Positions 1 to 12,939 of a stretch of DNA of 39,433 nt are shown in pieces. The notes under the pieces are model-generated. The model searched no databases and had not been told where the DNA came from. It saw nothing but the letters and a program-made list of their open reading frames with translations. Position 1 is the first letter of the stretch; each line of letters begins with the position of its first letter. The DNA comes from Octopus bimaculoides (Eukaryota): positions 66,770,274-66,809,706 of the forward strand of contig NC_068983.1 in assembly GCF_001194135.2 (NCBI RefSeq), given 5' to 3'. Made by a program: the position numbers and the translations under genes.

Positions 1-168
1 CACCACCTCAGCCCAGGTCTTCCTGGGCCTACCTCTTCCACGGGTTCCCTCAACCGTTAGGGTGTGGCACTTTTTCACGCAGCTATCCTCATCCATTCTC
101 ACCACATGTCCATACCAGCGCAATCGTCTCTCTTGCACACCACAACTGATGCTTCTAATGTTCAGCTT
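1..168 (-). mobile_element. RTE-clade LINE, 3' end of ORF (fragment)
   Basis: Reverse strand translates without stops as KLNIRSISCGVQERRLRWYGHVVRMDEDSCVKKCHTLTVEGTRGRGRPRKTWAEVV, the typical RTE C-terminal RRLRWxGHVxR...GxRxRGRPxxTW signature. Confidence 0.9.
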
Positions 169-303
169 TATTTAAAAGCAGCAGAAATATAACAAAAAAC
201 TGTTGCTTTGAGTTTCACGTTCCCGTTCATCGGACAGTTTTGTTACCTCTGGTATTTGAGTACTCTTTTTTCCACCTTGTTGCACATTTCATGTGCTTAC
301 TCC

Positions 304-341
<38 letters not shown>

Positions 342-1024
342 CACTATTGTTCACAGATATATATATATATATATTATATATATAAACTTTGTTGAAGTAT
401 AAAAATATGAATTATAAGTTATTGCTAGTTTTAAAGTTGCTGTTTTAATCTCATCAGTAATCACTAGAAGAAAAATTCTCATTGTTATTGTTGTTTTGTT
501 TTATTTTATTTTATATATTTATTTTTGAGTCCTTAATTTTCAATATTGAAATATCATCATCTGATAATCAACATTCTAAGTAATGAACATTATTTCCTAA
601 TTTTCTTCTTGTAGGCTGCTACTCTCTTATTACACCACTTGACATTGTTACCCTTTTTCTTCTAGCAGTTAATTCATTGCAGCCTGTTAACATTCTTAGC
701 ATACCAAGTAGATAACTTCCAATAAGAATAATTCAGAAGGATTTAACTATAAAATGGAAAATATTTTAAAAATTAAAACTTAGCATAAAACTTGGTCAAA
801 CATAGAAGAGGAGATAAAATATGTGCTTGTGTATATATGTAGGTGTGTATGCATGTGTGCACGTGCATTTTTGTGTGTGTGTGTGTGTTCAAATATATAT
901 AATTGAAAAAATACACAGTTGATAATCAAAGTTGGCTGCATACTGTTTGTTGGGGTCTTACATATTTTCTATGACAATGCAAGTGAAGAAACCAACAATA
1001 ACAAATATTGTTTTTGTTGTTTGC

Positions 1025-1340
1025 ACTCCGTCGCTTATGAAGTTGAGGGTTCCAGTTGATCCGATCAACGGAAAAGCCTGCTCATGAAATTAACGTACAA
1101 GTGGCTGAGCACTCCACAGACACGTGTACCCTTAACGTAGTTCTCAGGGATATTCAGTGTGACACAGTGTGACAAGGCTCACCCTTTGAATTACAGGCAC
1201 AAGAGAAACAGGAAGTAAGAGTGAGAGAAAGTTGTGGTGGAAGAGTACAGCAGGGTTCACCACCATCCCCTGCCGGAGCCTCGTGGAGCTTTAGGTGTTT
1301 TCGCTCAATAAACACTCACAACGCTTGGTCTGGGAATCGA
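1025..1340 (-). mobile_element. tRNA-derived SINE, 5' end truncated by the N gap
   Basis: Minus strand starts TCGATTCCC (pol III B-box-like) at the gap edge, has a GC-richer body and ends in an (AAC)-rich tail. A decayed relative of the same body lies at about 31190-31450. Confidence 0.65.
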
Positions 1341-2259
1341 NNNNNNNNNNNNNNNNNNNNNNNNNNNNNNNNNNNNNNNNNNNNNNNNNNNNNNNNNNNN
1401 NNNNNNNNNNNNNNNNNNNNNNNNNNNNNNNNNNNNNNNNNNNNNNNNNNNNNNNNNNNNNNNNNNNNNNNNNNNNNNNNNNNNNNNNNNNNNNNNNNNN
1501 NNNNNNNNNNNNNNNNNNNNNNNNNNNNNNNNNNNNNNNNNNNNNNNNNNNNNNNNNNNNNNNNNNNNNNNNNNNNNNNNNNNNNNNNNNNNNNNNNNNN
1601 NNNNNNNNNNNNNNNNNNNNNNNNNNNNNNNNNNNNNNNNNNNNNNNNNNNNNNNNNNNNNNNNNNNNNNNNNNNNNNNNNNNNNNNNNNNNNNNNNNNN
1701 NNNNNNNNNNNNNNNNNNNNNNNNNNNNNNNNNNNNNNNNNNNNNNNNNNNNNNNNNNNNNNNNNNNNNNNNNNNNNNNNNNNNNNNNNNNNNNNNNNNN
1801 NNNNNNNNNNNNNNNNNNNNNNNNNNNNNNNNNNNNNNNNATTGACACTTTTCTTTTCATACTGTTATGTGTCAATACCCATATTTTGACCTTTTAATTA
1901 ACAATGCTTTATAAAGCAATTGATATTAAATGAATAAACGTAATGATTTATACCTAATGAAATATGTAATTTAATATATAATTCTCTTTCTTAATGTGCA
2001 GTCTCAATAACAATAAAAGATAACATGGTAAAACTTTTGTCAAATTACTTTATTATATATTATTTCAATTAAGAGCTATAGTATTAAACATATCTATCAG
2101 AGTTACTTTTGTCAATAGTATAGTCATAAAGAATAAGATCCCAATAAGTGGAGAATACAGCCAACTTTGATTTACAGTTGTTGATATTTTACCTAAATTA
2201 AATAAAGTTAATATCATAAAAAAAGATATGCACATGAGTGAGGGTCAATGATAAATGTA

Positions 2260-2560
2260 CACTAGAGGGAAGGTAGGGAAGAGTAAGTGATGACCATAGG
2301 GTTGAGGAGTGGATTTAGAGAATGTGGGTAAAAGCAAAGAGGTGATTGACGATACATATGAATTGGGGAAAGGTAGAGAAGAACAGGTGATGACTGACCA
2401 TACAGAAAGGGATGAAGAGCTGCAAAGAAGTAATGATTATACAAAACAATAAACAGTTGCAGGATGAAATGGAGATAACATGTGAGTATGTAGGATGAAA
2501 GTATGGGAGGGAAGAAGCAGATGCAGTACATGGAGAAAGTGAGATATGTATGTTAGCAGA
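2260..2560 (-). mobile_element. Highly decayed Penelope-like element linker remnant
   Basis: Purine-rich block. Minus-strand ORF ends NPMVITYSSLPSL, resembling the PLE PLVxTYHP linker motif. Confidence 0.35.
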
Positions 2561-3159
2561 AAAGGAGAGTACAACATTAATACAGATATGTTTTTTAATA
2601 TTTTCTTGATACCAAGTCATTCAACAATTCATATCATAAGATTATATTGAAAATTGAATGCATAGTTTAAGTCAGGCCAGGTGTCTGTTGGTTTTCAGTG
2701 CACTGATGATCTGACACTTGGCTGTACAATATGCTTCTGTACACAAAAGAATGGCATTTAGTTGTTAATTTCCTTTTCCAAAGTAAACTGAATTGAAGTA
2801 CATAGTGAGTTTATGTGGTATATCAGAACTTGAATGGCCTCTTCGTGTATTAAGTACAAAGATATCATTCTTGTAACTTAAATAGGCTGTAGCTTTCAGT
2901 ATTGTACTAACTATACTTAGGCTATTAAAGTAACCGATGTAGATTTTAGTAAAAACTGGAGATGATTTATAGACCCGCAATCAGCCCTTTCACTTGTGGT
3001 AACATTCATATTTGGTCTATGAAAACATGGCAACCGCAATGGAGCCAATATTGTGCTTAAATGTACCCAATATTCTATGTATAATGGACTGCATACAACA
3101 TCAAATCAATAGGATAGAAAACAGAAGTCACCTCAAACACACAAAACCAAACAGTTGAT

Positions 3160-3330
3160 AAGAAAAACTAGATTGGTATGTCAAAAGGTGAATTTCATAC
3201 AAAATCTTATAATCATGTATCATTCAGACACACTAACAAAAGAAACAATGTGATATTGGCAAATCACATTTGGAAACTGAAGGACAATAACATCAGTTAC
3301 AGCATCAAATGGAAAGTCTTCATAAGATGA
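3160..3330 (+). mobile_element. Penelope-like element GIY-YIG endonuclease remnant
   Basis: One frame reads IGMSKGEFHTKSYNHVSFRHTNKRNNVILANHIWKLKDNNISYSIKWKVF, matching the PLE (Y)IGxTxxxFKxRYxNHxxSFR...LSxHIWxLKD...I.WKI pattern. The Tyr codon is now TAG. Confidence 0.75.
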
Positions 3331-4069
3331 AAACCATATGCAAATAGATCAAAGAGATGCAGCCTCTGTATAGCAGAAAGAACACATCCTGCTTAAATTC
3401 AAGAACAACAGCAACTATCTGAATTCCAGAAGTGTAATGTTCACCAGCTACATCCATAAAAACAAAAAAATATCCTATGCATTTAGAAAATACCACTTAC
3501 ACCATTGATAACCAAGCCAGCTGAAAAAACACTACATTTTTTTCCATCTCAGTTAAGAAAACTCCCAACAGTTGCACTCCTCTATGCACACAGAACCAAC
3601 ATAGTGCACATATCACCACTACATTCCTTATCATTCTCCTTAAACATCCTATCCACCTAAAATAACACATACAGCAACAATGAATTTGAACATTTTATAT
3701 ATTTTAACACAATTAAACACACATACTTTAAAGTATTTTCCTAGTTAAGACTAAAATCAATAACTGCTGACAATCCAAAGGCCACATCTTACATTTAAAT
3801 TCTGCTGAGGTAAACCCTTTTGAAACAAAAATACACTCACACATTAGAATTGGTTTTACTCACAACCTGAAGATTGACAACCTGAAGATTGAGGAGAAAG
3901 TGGTACCAGCTTCGACTAAGCTTAGCCATGTATCTTTCTCTAAACATGAAACTTAAGTTATCTCTAACTTAATAAGATAGTGTATATAAAATATTCATGA
4001 CTCCTCAATGTATGGAGTGTTTAAGCTGCAGAATCTACCAACAAATAAACAGTACACACACACACACAC

Positions 4070-4960
4070 TCACACATTGCATAGCTGTAATTAAGAAGTT
4101 TGTATCACAGCCACATGGTTTCAGAACAGTGCCATTGCATGGTTCCTTCAGCTAACCAAAGATTTGTTGGTGGATTCGAATGATGGAAACCAAAAAAGCC
4201 CATAATATATTTGTATATAAACATATGTAGGCCTATTCACATCCTCTTGCCTTGACATTTTGTGGTCACTGTAAACAAATATCAGTCAAATAGTACTATT
4301 AATTTGCAATTATCTGTGAAAACCTGTCTAGTGGGTTGTACTATCAGTATTCAAAATGATTAAGTGGTGAAATATTACATTGCTTGAAAGCAGGTAAGAG
4401 CTGGTGACATCAAGAGCCTACATCCATTGAAAACTTGCTTTGACAAATTTCATCGAACCCATACAAGCATGAAAAATTAGATACCAAAATTATGAGAATG
4501 TGATGATACATAAACACACACACACACACACACACACACGCATACATACATACATATATATATATAGTAATGTTTATATACCAACATAAGGTGGCAGTCC
4601 TGTAACGGAAGATGTTACTGTTGTTTTAGCCTCAGAAAAACATATTTTTCAGCTGGCTAACGACACACAGTCTGTGTCAGTATATAGCGTTTGCAAGGGA
4701 GGTCATTGCTCCCATCTCTAGCCTTATGTGATATTCTGGTACTGTTACTGTTACTCTCGCTCAGAGATTTAAAACAGGTTGTTTTTCTCAATCAGCAACT
4801 GTGTGTCGCTTAAAGAATATATAGTATTTGCAAGTGGAGATAGCTTTTGTCACTAGCTGGTGATTATCTCACATTGAGGATGGATAACATCCAGAAACCC
4901 AGGTCTGTAAGTATCATATAAAGAAATAGATGGGAGCATGCTTGTATGTATATGTATATT
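4070..4960. mobile_element. Cluster of decayed SINE / RTE-tail fragments with a (CA)n/(TA)n microsatellite
   Basis: Segments resemble the SINE heads and RTE-derived tails seen elsewhere in the window. Boundaries approximate. Confidence 0.4.
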
Positions 4961-6401
4961 TTGATCAGACAGGTTTCTGCATATTTTCCATTTATCAAAA
5001 TACACTCTCACCACTTTTTTTTAGAACAAACGTCCCCAAAGTACTGTCCATTGAAATTAAACTTTGAACCACTTGATGGCATATATGCATGTGTATAGGC
5101 ATGTATGTATACATGCAAGGTTAATAGTACTACTTACATATGCAGTTCTATTAGTCATTGTGCTATTAGAGTACTATTGAATACATTTAGTCTATACTAT
5201 ATGGTAAGAATTTTTGTGTGTTAGTATACCTTTTAATACCTTCACAAAGCCATTAGTTTAAATTCTTATTACTATAAAGGTAAGCTGAAGGGATATAGGT
5301 AGTCCTTTGGATACGGTGTTAATGTATTTCATTTCACTTTCCCACAAAGTCTTGCTACTGCTTTGTCTTGATAGGACATGTTTGGAATCAGAATTAAGGG
5401 TTGCACCCAAAGACAAATAGAATATATGTAGAAAGATTTGCTTTTAACTCACAGTCATCTTAATACTTATCCATTAAAATCATACATATACTCTTTGTCC
5501 ATAACAGCTTTCAAATTTTGACATGAAGATACAAGTTGATCAAATGCACTTCAAGCAGGATGCTTTTACCTCTGTAATCTACTCCAAACCAAAAATAATA
5601 GTGGTACATGTTGTGAGTCAAGCAACTGTTGAAGGTAGAGTTAGATACCAACTCAGACACTTAAAAAATAACTGGGCATGATTTGAATTAATATCCAAAT
5701 TACTTGCAGTCCAGCATTTTGAATCTTTAGCATTTGTAGAAAACAGTCATTTTTTACCTTACCTTACAATCACATACTGAGTTGTTTTCAGAGAGTATAC
5801 ATGTATGATTATATTTCACTATCTTTCATTTGATAGTAAGTAAATTTTAGTAGGAGATTATTGCTAATAATATAAGAAGACTCCTCTGTCAAAACGATAG
5901 ATTATAAGTAAGATGGTTCCATTTAATATTTGAAGGCATTGTGGATAGTACATTACAAGAAACCACCATACAGACAGGAGAAAACACATAGAACAGTAGT
6001 CCTGAAATAAAGGACTACATGTAATATTGTGAGTGGGTTTCATATGAAAACCTAGTATTTGTGGTGAAAAGCAGATGCATTGGGTTGATTGAGGAGAAGG
6101 TGTATTTAGTTTATTGCCAAATGTAGTGGTAATACATATTACTATATTGGTTTCTGAGGCTTTGATTCAGTAATTATGCTCTTTTATCACACAGCTGCGA
6201 TACTTATTTTTTAGCATGCTTGCACATACATACACATATAGGTATGTTCATTTTTCTGTGTGTGTGTGCTTGTGAATATGATGTGTCTTCATTGTGCAAA
6301 CATGTACAAACAAACACGCACATACATTAAACATTTAAAATTAATATGTTTAATGTATTAAAAAATATACTTCATGTTTTAAGTTGTGATAAAATATTTA
6401 C

Positions 6402-6618
6402 CTGATATTCTTATGTAGTTGTTTGAAAATTATACTTCTTGATGATATCCTTCTAACATCTATATTGAATTATTCCTGTGATGTCAAATGTGTGGGTGTT
6501 TCATATGTAGGTGTTGATGTATGTGAGTCATTGCTATTTTTTAGTGATATAACTATGGAGCTGAGGGCTATGTTTGTTCTAGAAATCATATACAGTATTT
6601 CCCCATTACCATTCATAT
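6402..6618 (-). other. Candidate 217-nt exon with one in-frame TAA
   Basis: Acceptor cattccttctgtatag, donor CAG|gtaaat. MNGNGEILYMISRTNIALSSIVISLKNSNDSHTSTPTYETPTHLTSQE*FNIDVRRISSRSIIFKQLHKNI. Confidence 0.35.
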
Positions 6619-7373
6619 CTATACAGAAGGAATGATTAAAACATTAGTAAAATACTAATTTCACAAATAGATGTGAAAGATACTACAATACTGAAAAAAT
6701 GTTTAATTTAAAGCAGGCTTGATTGATACTGTTATAAAGTTAATTTCTCTCAGCACTGAGTAGTGAATATTTTTCTGGAATATCTATGATTATATCAAGT
6801 TTGTTTGAAATCAAAATTGTATTTATTTTAAAATATAAAGAAGTGACTCAGCTCAAATTGATGACAAAATAGTTTAGTTTTGTGGCATACAAAACTCAAG
6901 GTGATTGCAACAATTTTAAACATTTTGTTTTGTATTGTAGTTACTGTTTGCTCCGTTTTATCTCATATTTGATAGCCAAAACGTTTTGTAACAATTTACA
7001 ATGTAATTATATAAATAAATTTTGTATTGAAAGCACATCTATTGATTGAATATTATTTCATATATGAAATTAAACAGAAACGAAGATATGTTTGATTATT
7101 TCATGATTAAGTTATAACAGAACACATTATTTCATAAGATTTTGTTTTTATTCACGTTTGCAACATATTCTTGCATTGATTCCCTTGTTAATAAGTATAA
7201 GACTAAGGCAAAAATGAAATCTTATAAAAAGCAACTCTCATACCAAGAATAAATTAGATACTTATACATATATTATTACATTTTTTTCATTTAATTGTAT
7301 CTTATTAACAATACACTAACACAGATAAATGTGTGCAATGCACATGCACCCACACACACACACACACACACAC

Positions 7374-7420
<47 letters not shown>
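7374..7420. repeat. (AAT)n microsatellite preceded by (CA)n
   Basis: Directly visible. Confidence 0.95.
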
Positions 7421-7689
7421 TGTAATGAAAAAAGATTTCTGGAATAAGAAAACAATGGGAAAAGTAACAGCAAAATAGAATACTATGTAAATAACTTTAA
7501 ACATAGAGTTCAAATTTTATGCACTTCTTTGTTGGGAACATTAAAAATATATATATAGAGAGAGAGAGAGAATAGAAAAGAAGATAAAATGTTTCTTAAA
7601 GTTACTCCAACACAATGAATTAACTGCCAAGCGAATAGCACAAGTACATACAATGGTACTTTTCATATATGGTACTTTTCACATATAGA

Positions 7690-9420
7690 AAAGTATGTAG
7701 GTGTAAGGAAGTGTGTGTGATAAAAATATGTGAGTGTGCACAGGTGTATTTGGAGATGGGGGATATTTAAGTACACAGGTAGGTGTTTTTCAACGTCTGA
7801 GACATTGGTTTGAAAGGTAATAGTATTTGACAAAAACATGATTAAATGTTTTAGAGGGGTAGTGTGACAGTGTATGTGTGTATGAAAGAGAGGTAAGAGA
7901 CTGATGTAGGTGAAGTACACAGAAGATATGTGGTGATGTTGTAGAGAGACAGTGTTACTAAAGAAAACCAAAGCAGTCATCAATCCCAGTTGGGTAGGCT
8001 ATGTTAAGAGGGAAAATTTGCTATTATTCACAGTGCAAATAGGACAGGAGGTCTATGGTGTAAAACAACATTGATGATGTAAGTTACTAGTAGGTATAAA
8101 TAGAAGACTGAATTGGTTTTGTCGTATCAAACATCTAAAAAGTGCTTTTTAAGATGATTGGCTAGTCTTTGACTGGTTTTACCAACATACAGCAAGCCAA
8201 TAAAACAGACAACAGGGAAGGAGAGGTTTTGCAGAGGAATCAAGAGAAACAAAAGAATTCAGGTTGGTGTGGTTTGTGATGAGAGAACTCAGGAACAGAA
8301 AGTTATGTGGAATGTAGGTGAATCTCAAAGAGAGAAATGTGTTGAGAGAAGAAGTAGGAAGTAGCTGGGTCAAATTGGATGAGATGGAAATGCCTTCGAG
8401 TTGCTCATTACAGCAATAAGGTAGCAGGGTGGTAGATGATGAGGAAGAAAAGGCAGTTGGTAGTAGGTTAAATGGCTGGGGAACAATGTTTGCCCAACAA
8501 TATAAAATAGTGTACTATTTAGTGTGACTAGGTATAAAAGTTGGAGTTATGTGTACAGAGATAACAGAGCTGAAGGTGTTGTAAGTAGGGGATCATAAAT
8601 TTTATGTGAATAATGTGAAATAAAATGGAAAATCGAAGTAGAAATGAAAGTCATTAGGTTTGTAAAGAAAATAAATGGAGAAGTTGGTATGATCAACTGA
8701 GAGAGAAATGTCAAGGGAGTCATCTGAAGTGTAGGAAATGGTGGATGTGAAATCTAAAACTGGGTGGGAAGAGTTCATAAGGTAAAGGAGATGATGTATT
8801 GATACAATAATCAACATAAGTGTACAGTAATGGGATGAGTGTGGTGAATTGGGTGAAGATTTGGGCCTCTATATGATCAACACACTCACTGTTGCTGAAG
8901 CTCTTTGTGATTTCCACGGCAATTCCAGTAACCTGTTGGTAGAAGTTGATGAGGAACAGTAATTGGGTTTGAGCATGGTACAATGGTCAAGGAAATATTT
9001 TAGGGTAGTGGCCCTTCATTATAAGTGATAATTGTGTACAGGAACTGAATGCTCATAGTGAAAGAACCATGACCAACAGGAAAGGGAAAGAGTTGAGGAG
9101 GAGGATGTTGGGTTTGGGGTTGTAAATGTGTTACAGAAGGGTTAGAGATTGTAAATGTTTAACAGAAGGATTTGGGGCTGTAAACGTGTAACAGAAGGAT
9201 TTGGAGTTGTAAATGTGTAACAGATGGGCTGTAACCAAGAGTGAGAAAAACTTGTTTTGGTATTTGAAAATAAGTTCAGTGAATCAGTTGTATATGGAAA
9301 TAGTGGAATAATGGAAGTTATTGGTTTTATGGATCTTGAGCAGGAAGCAGACGGTGAAACTATGTAATGCACAGAGTAACATTAATGGTTGTGAGAGTAG
9401 GGAGAAAAGAGATATGAGTT
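7690..9420 (-). mobile_element. Decayed Penelope-like element (Penelope/Poseidon-type) covering RT to endonuclease
   Basis: Minus-strand pieces in order: IVSPSASCS (RPIVS motif); FYQQVTGIAV...IEAQIFTQF...LYTYVDYC (QxxGxAMG / YxDD region); SLDISLSV...LYKPNDFH (FLD...YKPTD); EKHLPVYLNIPH (endonuclease C-terminal region). Confidence 0.7.
9110..9225. repeat. 29-bp minisatellite, 4 diverged copies
   Basis: Unit consensus ggatttggggttgtaaatgtgtaacagaa. Confidence 0.85.
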
Positions 9421-9432
9421 AGCATAAATTAC

Positions 9433-9463
9433 CTTCTGTCATATGTTGAAAAAGCAATTTACA
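9433..9463 (-). other. Candidate 31-nt exon
   Basis: Acceptor ctcctattctag, donor AAG|gtaatt. CKLLFQHMTE, phase-compatible with the 6402-6618 candidate. Confidence 0.2.
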
Positions 9464-9699
9464 CTAGAATAGGAGTTTGAGTTGAGAAGTTGCTGAAATC
9501 AGACCACTACACCACCAGAGAACCACACATGTCAACTAGTTTGATAACAATATTATCCTATCAGTGCCAGTGGTAGTGATGTGCAGAGTTCTCCTCAGGT
9601 GATGTTAAAGAATGTTAAATGTTTCAAAATCAAAGTGGTTCACTATGTAGAGAAGCTTGGGTTATGAAAGCATTTAACAATAAGTAAAGCAGATTCAAG

Positions 9700-9845
9700 T
9701 TTGTTAAAAGTACATTTGGCCTTTAAGAAATAACAATATCAGAAACTGTAAAATTATTTGGAAGATAATAGAACATGCCAAGTCTTATGATCAAGCCTCA
9801 TGATGGCTGTGATCTTTGTCATTCATGGAAAATGACTTTATTGTT
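9700..9845 (+). mobile_element. PLE GIY-YIG C-terminal remnant
   Basis: KYIWPLRNNNIRNCKIIWKIIEHAKSYDQAS, then after a frameshift CDLCHS (the CxLC motif). Confidence 0.65.
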
Positions 9846-10449
9846 CCATAGGAATTCTGTCCTAAATACTTGTTTAGAGCTAATATATTTTTGCTATCAT
9901 AGTTCAAAATATTTGTTGATATATATTAAAGTGTCTAATAGCTGAACACCAGATAACTTTTTATTGCATTGATACTTGCCCCAAATAAGTCAAATATTTT
10001 CTTTTGTTTGTATGCATTACACGTTGACTGATTTGTTGTCATAAATCAGAATTTTTCATATTGAAATATTTCAAAATGCCTAGTGCATGAATGTTAAAGA
10101 ACCTTGTATTGTGTTGTTACACATTCCAACCAAATCAGAAGATTTTTCTATTGTCAATGTACATATTCAACATTATTCATTTCATGTATAAATATGAGAT
10201 GGATTGAGACATTTTATTTATTACTTTTGAATCAGTAAAATGTGAACCTCAGAATTGCAATTTAAAGGTTTCAGCTTCAAATAAATTTTATATTATTCTC
10301 CTATATTTTATTGAATTTATTTTTCTTCTGCAATGTTTTATATTGTTGTATATTTCCATTATATTTCTCTCTTTCTCTCTTCTCACACATGCATGCATAT
10401 ACTTTGTGTGTGTGCTCAGGTATGTGAAGATACATGTACATATATAAAT

Positions 10450-10680
<231 letters not shown>

Positions 10681-10931
10681 GAGATAGACAAATAGATAGA
10701 TATATGTGTTTTATGTATGTGCATCTGTATGTGTAGATATTTATAGATGTATGTATATATTAATTAGCACATTCAACCACAACTGGATGTGTTATTTATA
10801 GCAATTAGAACTGCAGTAAATGTCCCAAGAAATCATCTCATTTAAACAACAAATGCTAAAAAGCACATTTCATCAGCACATTTAATTGGTTGATATTTCA
10901 TGAGTACTGGCAGATAGTACTGTTGTATTAC

Positions 10932-10996
10932 TTGATTTCCCTGTATGGATCATCAACAACAGTGAACCAAACACTGAATGCCAGACAAGAAATCAA
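10932..10996 (-). other. Candidate 65-nt exon
   Basis: Acceptor tatattgtttttag, donor CAA|gtaata. Open frame LISCLAFSVWFTVVDDPYREI. Confidence 0.3.
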
Positions 10997-11099
10997 CTAA
11001 AAACAATATAATTTAGCACTGACTAAACAGTCAGTGATGTCACAAAAAGCTGGAAAAAACAATAGAAAGGTACAGTTAAATTGCTATGGGGAATGGAAT

Positions 11100-11680
11100 A
11101 TCCAGTGTTTTGGACTGAGTTCTTTGGTAAGTATGTGGAGAGAGAAGCACAAACTCATCCACAATTTCCAAATCCTACTCATTGACCCCACAGCCACTTC
11201 AATCTTTCCCACAGCACCTTTACTTATCTTTAAAAAATGGTAGGAATTTTAACTGCATCTTAGTAGCTCTATACTCAAAACCAAACATTTTTAAGTGCAC
11301 TCATTGACAATATGACACTTGCCCCAATATTAACACTACTACAACAAACTCTAGGACTAAGTCTCAGTATCTCATTACTCAAAACTCCTGTTCCTCATCT
11401 TCCAAACCCACATACTGTATCATCTGCTAGATTTGCAGTACTCTTTGCATTGGAGAAAGAGACTATCACTTTGTCAATCACTTCAAGAGTACATTCAAAA
11501 CACACTGTTGCATGAGCCTGGCCAATCTGTTGTTACCTGCTTCAACATAACAGGCTATTCCATTACCCACTTACCAATGTGTGACACCTCCACACTGATA
11601 GATCTGCATGCTCAAGGAAATGGAAAAATGTTACATTTTTGAACTGATACCATGTGAAATGAATTGTTTTCTTTCTACTC
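11100..11680 (+). mobile_element. PLE linker + GIY-YIG remnant
   Basis: IHNFQILLIDPTATSIFPTAPLLIFKK (ILxxDP...IF...PL..F motif), CIGERD (YIGET), PGQSVVTCFNITGYSITHL (PVAxHFNxxGHS). Confidence 0.65.
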
Positions 11681-11734
11681 CCACACCTCAAAGTTCAGTA
11701 GTCCCATTCTTATCTCTAAAATTTTATGAATTAC

Positions 11735-11860
11735 CTCGTCATTTGTTTGGTTTCAGATATCAGATCACTATTACATAATGTAATAAAGTGTGCTCTGGGT
11801 GACCCATTGCAGCTAGACATACAAAGATACTTGAAATACCCAGTGCTGAGTTTCAAATAA
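11735..11860 (-). other. Candidate 126-nt exon
   Basis: Acceptor cattttattattgcag, donor GAG|gtaatt. The only open frame (YLKLSTGYFKYLCMSSCNGSPRAHFITLCNSDLISETKQMT) is out of phase with the homologous frame of the upstream exon. Confidence 0.45.
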
Positions 11861-11947
11861 CTGCAATAATAAAATGTACATACAAACTAATATCTTATAA
11901 CTTCTGTTTATAATTATACAATATGTTACATATTTATTATATCATAC

Positions 11948-12139
11948 CTTGATACTGTGTGGACTAAGATCCCCATTGACAGGCTGCTGATATTTATAAA
12001 ATGTTAAACACTTTCGGTATGTGAATTAGGGACTCCTTCATAGAGTAACTGCTGCATTTGTTGAGTGTATAAACAGTTTGGCTGCTTGTTTCTCTGAAGA
12101 CTGTCAGAATGATGTGGATGCCTCTGATGAGAACCCAAT
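11948..12139 (-). pseudogene. Exon with three in-frame stops
   Basis: IGFSSEASTSF*QSSEKQAAKLFIHSTNAAVTL*RSP*FTYRKCLTFYKYQQPVNGDLSPHSIK, donor AAG|gtatga, followed by an 87-nt AT-rich GT-AG intron (11861-11947). Confidence 0.55.
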
Positions 12140-12149
12140 NNNNNNNNNN

Positions 12150-12930
12150 ATATATATATATATATATATATGTATATATGTGTGTGTGTGTGTATGTATA
12201 TATATGTATGTATATATATGTGTGTGTATATGTTGCTTTAATGCCTTATCATTTAACACACTCACTGGTTCAATTTCCACTCATTTATTATCTTTCTTTC
12301 CTAAAATTTTCATTGCTTCTTGCAACCTCTTCAATAGTTGTTGATTCTGTCTGTTATCAGAGCTGCATTCCTTTTGTTTGTTTGTGCACCTGTGTGCATC
12401 AGTGTGTTTGTGTATACACATTTGTATGTATGTGTGTGTGTGTGTGTGCATGTATGCATATTTATATGTATGCATGTGTGTATTTTGTATGTATGTATTC
12501 TGAATAATCATGTGTTTGTGTGTGCATGTGTGTGTGTGTGTGTATGTGTGTGTGTACCTCTGTCTCCTTGTGCATGTGTGGTTAAGTGTGTCTATGTACA
12601 TGGATTTGTATGACTATGTGCATGCGTCTTTTATGTATGGATGTGTGTCTCTGTATGTGTCCTTGTGTGTATCTCGTCATTTGTTTCCATCTCCTTGTAT
12701 GTATGTATGTATGTATGTATGTATGCATGTNNNNNNNNNNNNNNNNNNNNNNNNNNNNNNNNNNNNNNNNNNNNNNNNNNNNNNNNNNNNNNNNNNNNNN
12801 NNNNNNNNNNNNNNNNNNNNNNNNNNNNNNNNNNNNNNNNNNNNNNNNNNNNNNNNNNNNNNNNNNNNNNNNNNNNNNNNNNNNNNNNNNNNNNNNNNNN
12901 NNNNNNNNNNNNNNNNNNNNTATATATACA
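12150..12930. repeat. Degenerate TG/TA/TATG microsatellite field with N gaps
   Basis: Directly visible. Confidence 0.9.
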
Positions 12931-12939
12931 TATATTTCA

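Noticed and set aside
2700-2740. CTGATGA motifs at about 2703, 12123 and 36510 as hammerhead cores
   Set aside because: No downstream GAAA with matching stems (12123 runs into a gap).
11070-11140. Plus-strand exon with perfect donor TTG|gtaagt joining to 11757
   Set aside because: No credible acceptor, and the region adjoins or belongs to a PLE remnant.
11989-12110. Stop-codon rescue by A-to-I editing or selenocysteine in the CACHD1-like exon
   Set aside because: The stops are mixed TGA/TAA and frameshifts occur in other exons. Editing could only yield Trp, so ordinary decay is simpler.
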